From Macrostomum hystrix (lineage: Eukaryota > Animalia > Platyhelminthes), in the NCBI GenBank assembly GCA_950097015.1, contig CATNEN010000028.1, positions 372,001 through 436,000 of the forward strand: 64,000 bases of DNA, given 5' to 3'. Below, in pieces: positions 50,000-60,600 of this stretch. Under the pieces are notes generated by a model. The model worked only from the letters and a program-made list of their open reading frames with translations. It searched no databases and had not been told where the DNA came from. A program made the position numbers and the translations under genes. How positions within the stretch are numbered: position 1 is the first letter of the stretch; the number at the start of each line of letters is the position of its first letter.

Positions 50000-52900
50000 T
50001 CAAAGGTTGGCCCTCTTCAGCCATTCAACGATGAGGCTGCTAGCCAGAGCGGCCCTCGGCGGCACCCACCACCTGCCGACTCGGTTGAGCATGTCGCTTA
50101 TCTGGGCCGGCGAGAACCAATCGGCGAACTCCAGCTCCTCCGTGTCCAACTGGGAAACGGATTGATTGGTTGATTGTTCGTGCTGATTGTATCCACATGG
50201 ATTTATCTTGAGAAACGGGAGGGATTAATGATCGAGGGGAATTCTACATAGGGATCATAGAATAGCGATTGAGATCAGGTAACGGGGATTGGGATCAGGG
50301 AACGGGTATTGGGATCAGTGAACGGGGATTGGGATCAGGGAACGGGTATTGGGATCAGTGAACGGGGATTGGGATCAGGGAACGGGTATTGGGATCAGTG
50401 AACGGGGATTGGGATCAGGGAACGGGGATTGGGATCAAAGAACGGGGATTGGGATCAGGGAACCGGGATTGGGATCATAGAACAGCGATTGAAATCAGGG
50501 AACGGGGATTGGGATCAGGGAACGGGGATTGGGATCAGGGATCGGGGTTTGGGATCAGGGAACGGGGATTGGGATCAGGGAACGGGGATTGGGATCAGGG
50601 AAGGGGGATTGGGATCAGGGAACGGGGATTGTGATCAGGGAACGAGGTATGTGAATAAATTATCATAGGTGATTTATATACCCGATAATTAACCCGAGTG
50701 TGATTTATTCATTCAGCAAATTTATCGATATATAAAATAATTTTATAGCAATATAACATGGACATAAAATGCCGCCAATAAAGCTTTATCAACATTAACA
50801 AACGAGATCCCTGGATAAGCAGGGCCAGAATAACCAACCCGAATATCGCCAGGCGATCCTTCCGTGGCCGCTTCGAAGCCGATCATCAGCTGCGACGGAA
50901 ACGGCCACGCCTGGCTGCCACGGTACTCGACCCGGCCAACCCGGAGGCCGACCTCTTCGGCCACCTCGCGCCTGACGCAATCCTCCAGGGATTCGCCCGC
51001 CTCGGCAAAGCCGGCCAAGCAGGACAGCATGCCCCTCGGGAAAGCGGCTTTGCGAGCCAGCAGGCAGCGCGGATGACTAGCTCCGCCACCGTCTGTCACC
51101 AGCACGATGGCACTGGGATCTAGCCGGGGATGCGAGATCGGATGGTCAGACCAGCCGCTGTTGCCGGATTGGTTCACCAAGCAGTCGGTATTGTGGCAGA
51201 CCAGTCTGCAGATTGTTCAGGGGTTCGAATCCTGGCTAGTGAAAAACGGCGACAATAATATATTGGATTAAAAAAAATCGACACCAATTTCTCTTTTACT
51301 CTACTAATAGTAACACGCAGGGGAAATCATTTTGAAAAACTAAATATATTTCCGAATAATTTTTTCTGAAATTAGTTTTGTCTTATTTTTTAGACGTTAC
51401 AATAGTACGTACATTTGTTTAGTAACAAATACTTCCTACTTCGGCTAAGGAATTCTGTATATGACATATGTGTATTCAAAAAATTATAATTAAAATCATT
51501 AAAATAATATAAGTAAAATTAAAATAATTAATTTTTTTTCTTTGCGATAAAATAGTCTATGGTAAAAACTAATAGAATGACTGCTTAAGCCATGGACATC
51601 TAAATATAGCATATATATGGCATGAGCATAGAGTTCCACTTCGAGATAACAAATAGGGTTACATTTATGCCCATAAACTTTCAATTAATTTCCTCCTGCA
51701 TCATTCTCACAGAAACAAAATTTACAAATCGGTTGAAAAAACGAGGCTGACTGTTTATGGCCAGCTTTAGATTTTTTACTTTTGATTTTTGCCACCAAAT
51801 AGCTTAAAAATGACCTAATAAATTGAAAAAAGTAGAGTAAAAGTATACCTTTTTGCAACCTAGTTTGCCAAAACGGCAATCAATTTTGCCAGACTAGGCG
51901 AAAACCACTCGAATTCCCTCTCGCTTCTGCGAAGTTAAACCCATAGACATGAAACTTTCAGCAACCAATTTTGTCAAAACTGCGTCTATTTTGCCAATGC
52001 TAAAGTGATACGCAATCGACGACAGTAACGCATGTAAACGTGTTAACAGAAGGGTGCTGGTTCACGGAACAGGTTTACTGTATGTACATGGCATGATGCA
52101 AGATACTTCCATCACCAAAATCTTCAAATAAGGGCCTCTCTGAGCCATGCTTTCTATGGTTGTCTCTGTCTCTGTCTCAAGGCAAATTTCACGCAGCTTT
52201 ATAGCGAAAATTGGTTTCGGGAATCGGATATGTCTATGGGCAAAACCGGTTAAGGCTGAAGAAAGGCGTCACTTTGGCATTGGCAAAATAGAAGCAGTTT
52301 TGGCAAACTAGGTTGCAAAGGGTATAGTATAAATGGTTTCGCTTTTTGTGAGTAGGGCCTGTAAAAAACTCAACTAACTTCAAGATTATAAAGCATGCAA
52401 TGATCGACAAAGTCCATTGCACGTACAACTATATGTACAACCGTTTTTCGATACATATCGGAAATCATAGAAACTTACTTATGCCCCGCATCGGCCGTCT
52501 CAGTAGGTCCTCCGCAGGCGGAGCAATGTCGATTGTATCGATGCCAAGCTAGCAGCGACCTGCCGGGGCCCCAGATCTGCGCTAGCCGGGTAGCAGACAT
52601 CAACTGCAGCCTAGAAGGCGATAAGGCGTCAGCAGCAATGGACTTCTTGACCCAAGCCAGCAGGCGTGGCGACGCGGCTACGGCGAAGTAATAATTTGCT
52701 TCAACGACGACCTTGTCGTTGTCGGCGTCACTGCCGAGGAACACAACTGGGCAATCGTCAGGACCCAGCGCCGGCTGCAGCTCTGGCCAGGGCACCAGCA
52801 GCGGCGAGAATACGCTGCCTCCGCCTCTGACATCGCCGACAACATTCTGGGATTTGGCTGATGCTACAGGTGTCACTACGGGAGTAAGCCATTGGTCAAA

Positions 52901-53038
52901 AAGTATCGCCTTGCAGCTGGCTGACTGCTTCAACCGCTCCAGTTCGTCTGGACGGCGGCGCAGCTCGGCCAGCCTGTGCAGTACAGCGCCGCGTCGCGAT
53001 TGCGTCGACGCTGTGGCTAGACAACGAAATTGTTGCAG
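50000..53038 (-). CDS. NUDT12: NudC-family NAD(H) pyrophosphatase, NUDT12-like; exons 53038-52479, 51205-50839, 50149-50000; 358 codons plus stop, no genomic ATG at the 5' end
   Basis: [18 protein letters not shown] (Zn site), [12 protein letters not shown], Nudix box [38 protein letters not shown] signature, C-terminus ELEFADWFS...[22 protein letters not shown]. Introns AA|gtaagt..tgcag|A (phase 2) and CGG|gttggt..cccag|TTG (phase 0). NUDT12 rather than NUDT13 is not certain. Confidence 0.85.
50270..50645. repeat. 20-bp minisatellite (GGGATCAGGGAACGGGGATT) in NUDT12 intron 2
   Basis: Direct tandem periodicity, ~18 copies. Confidence 0.92.
51846..52324. mobile_element. Putative MITE with long terminal inverted repeats and TA target duplication (Tc1/mariner-like), NUDT12 intron 1
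   Basis: Left TA|TACCTTTTTGCAACCTAGTTTGCCAAAACGGC against the reverse-complemented right end TA|TACCCTTTGCAACCTAGTTTGCCAAAACTGC. A further inverted block CTATTTTGCCAATGC(T/C)AAAGTGA occurs on both sides. Confidence 0.65.
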
Positions 53039-53290
53039 CTGAAAATTTTGGAAATGACTTCTTTTAAATTTAAACACTTAACTACTACCTACTAACAGTA
53101 GCGGCACAATTTGAATCAACGAATTCTAAATTTTTAGAATTCTAAATCAGCACTAAAGTTTGAGAACAATGCAGATAAATGTATCGCATATATTTTCCTT
53201 CCACAGCCCACAGGCGGTCAGGCGACATAGGGCGATGCAGTGTGCCATTACAAAAAAATATAATGCTGTTAAGCTTTGCATTTCAGTAGG

Positions 53291-53362
53291 TCCCTGATGG
53301 TCTAGCGGTTAGGATTCCTGGCTCTCACCCAGGCGGCCCGGGTTCGACTCCCGGTCAGGGAA
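53291..53362 (+). tRNA. trnE-CTC: tRNA-Glu (anticodon CTC)
   Basis: TCCCTGATGGTCTAGCGGTTAGGATTCCTGGCTCTCACCCAGGCGGCCCGGGTTCGACTCCCGGTCAGGGAA: 72 nt, paired acceptor stem, anticodon stem CCTGG/CCAGG, loop CTCTCAC, GGTTCGACTCC T-loop, T4 terminator at 53368-53371. Confidence 0.96.
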
Positions 53363-54676
53363 TATACTTTTGCTTCATTAGACGTTTATGCATGGCAGGG
53401 TTTTTTATATTGTGTCATCCGAGAGCTGGGAGTGTTCAAACTGATCTAGCTGATATTATTGTGAATAAGCGATATGTGTCGAAAACGCTCATTTTAGTCC
53501 TAACCCTATTGAAGAAATAGCAGAAAGGAACACGACAAAAATGTAATTGCAACACACAAGTAGTGATTCTATTTTACATATTAATTTAAGAGTTCATTAT
53601 TTTTTTCTGCCAGCCACAGAGGCATACACTGTGTATTTAATCTTTAATAGGATGGACCTTCGATAAATAACTTGACACGTTTTTATTCGTTTTATAATTT
53701 CCTGTAGCTCAATATGCTAAGTGAACTAACTATATTCATAGATTTTGCAGTACAATTTCGCGTACGAACAATAAAACCAATTAAGAATACCCACGGAAGT
53801 CAGCAAAAGGAGCTAGAAGACGTATGAAACTTAAAAGTGATAATTGATATATGTTTTTTAATAATTAAATACAAAGCCTTAATTTATAATGAATGCGTTT
53901 TAAACAAAAGCAAAAGATAAAACAAACTAGTCAGATTTGGAATTAAAAATCTTTATCAGAAAAAAAATCTCGCGATCTGAACAAAAGCGAGCTATTTTTT
54001 AAACAACTCTTATAAAGCGCAAACAAAAGCACACTACTCTACTGTTAGTAGGGTACCAACAAATTACGCAATAATGCAAAAAAGAAAGATAGGAAAGCAG
54101 AATTAATTGCAATAGAAATGCGAACTTTTTATTGATATAGGAATGAACAGGAATAAAAGATGCGCATAGGCGCGCTGAATGGACGGATGCGGCTTTGATT
54201 TGAAGCGAATAATTGTGAGTTGAAAAACGAAGTTAAACAGGTTGCAGTTAAGTAAAAAATTCAGTAAATGGAATGATGCATCACGAATTCTAGTGAACAC
54301 GAAGTAAGTCAATTGTATGCAAAATTATCTTTACTGCATCGACAAAGTCACTTGATCAAAATTAAATCTGCTTTTAGAATTTTTAAAGACGAGGAGGTCT
54401 GAAGGGATGGCAAAATTAAATGATTACAAATAATTGTAACTGATATCGTAGCAACAGTAAGTTTTGTGAAAGCTAGCTTAGAAACACAATTGCCTTACGT
54501 TTCTTGGATTGCAGAAGTGTATTACTTATAGTAGATACAATGCGGCAGTCGAGGAAAAATACTTGCGCTAATGTAACAAAGTTTCGTTCACAAAAAGAGC
54601 ACGATATACTGTAAGTAGTCTGAATAGCGCTTTTCGATATTTTAGTATATGTTAATAGAAACAGAACAGTGTGGCA

Positions 54677-57600
54677 TTAGTTGGGGTTGTCGTAGAACAG
54701 CAGGGTCATAATCTTGTCGTATAGCTGTGCGTGCTGATCGCCTAAGACGGCTTTGACGCGTCGCTCAGTTTCCAACTCGCTGACATCAGGATCCTGCTCA
54801 AGTTCGAAGGCCAACTCGTAAGCCTGCAGTAGACGGTCCAGGCCGACTTCCTGCAATAATTCGAAGCAGTTTTGGTTTAAACCAGCTAGGGGTCGGCAAA
54901 CTACGGCCCGGAGCCAGATGCGGCCCTCGAAGCTCCCAAATCCGGCCCTTTGCCCACTTCCGTTCCGACACCGACAGTATCCTGTTTTTGAATCCTGTAT
55001 CTTTCCCCTGTCTCATCTCTCCTCGGCCACGTCTCTCCCGAGTCTCATCTCTCCCGTGTTTCATCTCGCCCTATCATCTCTCCGCTGTCTCATCTCTCCC
55101 CTCTATCACATTTCGACAGTCAATGCGGCCCGCTGTCGTCTTTTAGGTTCTCTCTTTGGCCCGCTAGCTAATAAGTTTGCCCCCTGGTTTAAACGCACGC
55201 TGTGCCTTGAAAATAAATCAAATTTATAGCTGGCTATTAACACTATTAGTTAAGCGCTGGCTGTGGCTAGCACATTGATGTCCAGGTAAAGCACCTGTTC
55301 TAGCTCGGCCCGCAACCGCTCAGCCTTCTGGTCCACATCCTCGTCCTCGGCCCTCTCGTCCATCGGCAGGCCCTCGTCGTCGTCCCAGTCGACTTCTTCG
55401 CCTTCATCATCGCCGACTCCGGCCGAGCCGCCGGTGGTCGCTTCGGCGGACACTTCGCCGCTGCCGCAGCTACCATTCGCCGCGGCGTCCGTAGACAAAG
55501 CCAGAACACTCGCCATCGACTGCTTCACCTGGTCGAGTTCCTCTTCCTCGTAGTCCTCAATGTCATCATCATTATGGTCTTCAGCTTCGATTTCAACTTC
55601 GGGTTCGTTGGCTGCACTCCTGTCATCGTCATGGCTCATCAGCGCCTGGCTGCTGGAAGCCGGTCGTCTACGACTTCGTCGAGAAGGCGCCGCTGATGAG
55701 GCCGAAGCCTCAGCCGCGGCAGGAAAGGAGACGACCGTGTCGACGCTGATATCGCCAGAGGCCGCCGAAGCTGCAGAGTCGGATGTTTTTGAAGCCTTCT
55801 CGCGGGTCTCGTCAACAAGATCTGGCAGGGAGCAGGTGCGGAGCAGCGATTTCGGACTGTCAAACTTTCCTATTGTCAGCGCCTGCTTCAGAGTATCGCA
55901 CTGCGAGTCCTCGCCTTCGGCGGAGGCGCCCTTCCTCTCCACCGATTGGCTGACAAGGACGCGTCGGAAACTGCGCTCAACCTTAAATACGAGTAGATAA
56001 TAGAATTCGGTTGTAGACTATGCTATGCAAGGGCGTCACTACTGGGTGTCAAACTGCCACTGCCTACTTTTGATGTTTTGTGATTCTGGAAGTTGTCTTA
56101 CCGGATAGAGCCGAAAATTTTTAGCACGTGTTCCGGATATCCATGGCGAATTGTTGAATATTTTGGGAGATTTGGGAGATGGGAGATTCAAAATATATTT
56201 GAAATATCAGATATGGGCAGAATTTCCTTCTCTCTAGCTGCGGGTCGACTGTTACCAAATGATGTGCCAGTCAGTGCTCACAGCCCTCCTAATCAAGCTC
56301 ACCTCGGCCAATTCTTCAGCATCCTCAAGAGCCAGACTGCTCAACAGCAGCTGCTCAGCGGCTTCAATGTCGTCCTCGTCTGCTGCAACAGCAGCGGCGG
56401 CAGACAGGGCGAAGTCTTTCAAGCTCTGATAGATGGCCTGCTGCATGTCGGTTCGCTCAAAGTCGAGTCGGTTCGGCTTGCTTTGACCAGTTCTGCCGCC
56501 TTCAACAGGCGGATGATCGTCAGGCTCTTCCAGAGCGACTTGATCTAGCAGGGATTTGCTGTCGGAAATGGACGGCGAAGACGATTCGCCCAGCTCTGGA
56601 ATGCCACCTGAAGCGTTAATTAGGAGTCATGGTTAGCCTAGTGGTTAGAGCGTGGTCTGATTCACGACTTGAAGGTCGGGAGTTCGATTCCGAGTCGAAT
56701 TAGCTGGGGTAATCGAGGGTGGGTGTGGCCCCCCCCAGTCCATGGACTGAACAGCCGTACGCAGCCTTCAGATGTGCCTGGCAGCTCTGGCTGTGCTGTC
56801 GGCTGCACATCTGGCCCAATTGGGGCCAGATCAATTAATTAGCAATATGAAGAAGCTAAAGAATGGTATATTCGTGACTTACTGAGCTCCGGCTGCATCA
56901 GAACGTGCTCGGCCCGTCCAGCGGATGCCATCGTCTCAGCTTCGGCCAGTGCGTTTGCCGTATCCGCCACAGCAGCCGCAGCTTCCGCTGCTTCAGCCGG
57001 AGACACCGCCGAAAATTGTTTAGCGTCTTCACTTTTATCCTCATCAACACCTTGAATGTCAGCCTCTCCGAGATCATAGTCGCCATCGACCAGCGTGCCG
57101 GACAGAATCGGCGCGTTGCCTAGGCGACGCAGAAAGCCGGTGTCGTCGGCGCGAGCGCCCCAGGCGCGCGGAGTTGGCCTCGCCGATGCGGCTGCAGCCA
57201 TAGTTTTTTCCGAAGTCGGCGAAGTTGGCGTAGGCGTTGAAGAAGTGTCCGACGTAGCCGTAGCCGTTGACGTCGCCGTTATCTGCAAGGGCAAGTGGTC
57301 GAGCCGGACAAGAGCGCGGTCTCCAACGGCCCGCCCAGCGCCGCCCCAGGCATTTCCAGCGTCCTGCGACTGCGGCAGAGGAGGCGGCTGCGGCTGCTGC
57401 TGTTGCTGAATAGATGGCGGCTCGCCCTTACGATTGATGTAGCGCAATATGGATTCCTTCTTCTGTCGACGCTTCTGTGCGGCCTCTTCGTCTGCCAGAT
57501 CGTTCGAGGACGCGGACGCTGACGACGCGCTCTCGGCAATCTCGGCCAGCACTCGGGTGATGCCGCCACCGCCGGCGCCACCGGAGGTCGTCGGGTCCGA

Positions 57601-60600
57601 GTCTGACGCGCTGGCCGGCAGCAGCTTGCGCATCACTTCGGAGACACTGGGCGGAGGCGGGTAAACCGGTTGACGCTGATAATACTGCTGCTGCTGCTGC
57701 TGCTGCCGTTCTGAGGCCTCCCGGAATCGTTCGTCCATCTGTTCGCGCAGTCGATTAGCCCGATCCCGAGCTTCAGCTTTCAACGCGTCAATCTTGGCTT
57801 CTCGCACCTGACGCTCGGCTTGCATAGCTTCGCCCAGCTGCTGACGCTCGCGCTGGTTCCGGCGTCGAACCTCTTCTAGGCGGCGGAGGTAGGTCTCCTC
57901 GGCTCCGCCCGCGGCGGGTCGCGCTAAGAATTCATAGTTTTTGTTTAGAAAATAGTTTAAGGTACCGAGAAGTCCTTTTTGGCAAGTAGTATGTCGCGAT
58001 CTTATTTGTTATGTTAATCTGGGTCTTTTTCGTCAAGGCTTTCACAAAGGCTTGAGTGGGGACTGAGGACACACTGGCAGAAAACAGCAGTTCCGCTGAT
58101 CTTGTATTGTCCTGCCTTCCTGTACCTGTCCTGAGATGAGACACCGGAGAGATAAGACACAGGAGAGATGAGACACCAAAGAGATGAGACACGGGAGAGA
58201 TGAGACACGGGAGAGATGCGACACGGGAGAGATGAAACACGTTAGAGAGATGAGACACCATAGACATGAGACACCATAGACATGAGACACCAGAGAGATG
58301 AGACACCAGAGACATGAGACACCAGAGAGATGAGACACCAGAGACATGAGACACGCTGTAGAGATGAGACACGGGAGAGATGAGACAGTGGAGAGATGAG
58401 ACAGTGGAGAGATGAGACACCAGAGAGATGAGACACCAGAGAGATGAGACAACAGAGAGATTAGGCACGTTAGAGAGATGAGACACGGGAGAGATGAGAC
58501 ACCAGAGAGATGAGACACCAGAGACATGAGACACGCTGTAGAGATGAGACACGGGAGAGATGAGACAGTGGAGAGATGAGACAGTGGAGAGATGAGACAG
58601 TGGAGAGATGAGACACCAGAGAGATGAGACACCAGAGAGATGAGACAGTGGAGAGATTAGACACGGGAGAGATGAGACACCAGAGAGATGAGACAGTGGA
58701 GAGATTAGACACGGGAGAGATGAGACACCAGAGAGAGGAGACACCAGGGAGAGTTTATTGCGGTTTTTAAGCTACCATTGTTGTGTATTCAAATCAGAAT
58801 CTAAAACTTATTTCAAAAATGTACAAAAGACGAGATTTGGTGCTGTCAGTCAGATTGTCAAGAGGCATCACAAACACAATAAGAATAGTTTAATCTAAAT
58901 CTGAGGAATGTGCATAATTTATGATCCGCCCCGCGTAGATTTTCATCGTGTGCTGCAATAAAAACAAAAGCCGAGAGAGTCTGAGACAGAGATAGTAGGC
59001 AGACAATCTGGAACTGGCAGTCAAGACCGGATATGCCGTTCCCAGTCAGCGTCAATGGCAAGAATCGTCAGTTGCAGCTGCAGCTGGAGTGTCAGCTGGA
59101 CAAGCTGGCCAGCGAGTGCTTCAATGCCAGACGGCGAATGGACGAACAGATGGCCAGTCTAGTGTTCGACTGGATGCGCATACGATGGCGACTGACGCCA
59201 ACTGCCGACGACTGGCTGACGTCGGGGGTCGGAGCTGAGCAGCGGCTCATCATGCGGCGTCGATTGGCCAGGATTCGAGTCGAGCTGGAGGTCAGGTCGA
59301 GGCGGCTACAGTTGCGCCGTAATGCGGTGTTCGGCTACGCTTGAAACTCCGAGAATTGTTCAACTGCCGCTGCACCGCACGCTGACGAACTTGCTTTTTC
59401 ATTTCGTTTTTCTGTTCTCTTTTCTTACACGCCCTAATTAGTTTAAACATATATCGTAGTTAAGAAAACAAAAACATTGCAACACTAAATCTTTAACAGC
59501 TGTTCAGAATTCAATAGTCTTTTAAATTGATTGGGAATTAAAATTAACTTACCTAACAACTTAGCGATGGAATCTTCGCACCAATGTCATCCTACGGATT
59601 CGCACCAATGTCATCCTACGGATTCGAACCAATGTCATCCTACGGATTCGAACCAATGTCATCCTACGGATTCGAACCAATGTCATCCTACGGATTCGAA
59701 CCAATGTCATCCTACGGATCCGGACCAATGTCATCCTACGGATTCGGACCAATGTCATCCGACGGATTCGAACCAATGTCATCCTACGGATTCGAACCAA
59801 TGTCATCCGACGGATTCGAACCAATGTCATCCTACGGATTCGAACCAATGTCATCCGACGGATTCGAACCAATGTCATCCTACGGATTCGAACCAATATC
59901 ATCCTACGGATTCGAACCAATATCATCCTACGGATTCGAACCAATGTCATCCTATAGACTCGAACCAGTGTCATCAAATGGATTCGAACCAATGTCATCC
60001 AATGAATTCCAACTTATGAAATCTTATGGATTCAAACTAATGCCTGCCTAAGGATTCGAACCAATGACTTAGCATAACAAAATCGCGCAACTCACGCGAT
60101 AGAGGATTAACGGCTTGAGCAGCGCCCAAGCCCAGGCCCTGAGCTTTAATCCGGGCCGCTAGCCGCTTTCGCTCCCAGAAATCTTCAAGCAGACGCTGAG
60201 CCTGCTGTGACTGATCTTCGGAAGCGGCCGGCGACGGCGACGGCGATGGCGAGGGCGACGCAGCCGGAGGCTGCGGCGATTGACGCGGGCGCTGCTGAGC
60301 GTCCCGAGCCAAATTATCCAGGGCGGCGTGATAATTGGCGTAGTCGCCCCTGGGCGAAGGCGACGGCGAGGCCGATGGCGAAGGCGACGGCGAGACCGCG
60401 TTAACCCAGGCCTCCTCCCGTTGCTGACGCTTTCTGGCATCCTCCTGCTCGCGCTCCCGCTGCTGAAGCTGGCGCTGACGATTCTGCAACTCGTTGGCCT
60501 TGCGGATGGCGGCCAGGCGTTGCTCCTGATCCCGACGGCGAGCGGCGGCAGCCGCAGTCGGGTCGTTGCCACCAAGCCTCTGCGCGTAGGGACTTAGCGG

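Noticed and set aside
51222-51232. Isolated B-box GGTTCGAATCC in NUDT12 intron 1 as a tRNA gene
   Set aside because: No A-box or cloverleaf; at most a SINE remnant or solitary TFIIIC site.
53039-53077. MFKFKRSHFQNFQ as the true NUDT12 N-terminus
   Set aside because: It starts with GTG, not ATG, and is AT-rich sequence ending in a canonical TTTTCAG acceptor, so it is intron or outron.
56624-56700. Second tRNA gene
   Set aside because: Acceptor and anticodon stems do not pair properly, and the TSD plus non-tRNA tail indicate a SINE.
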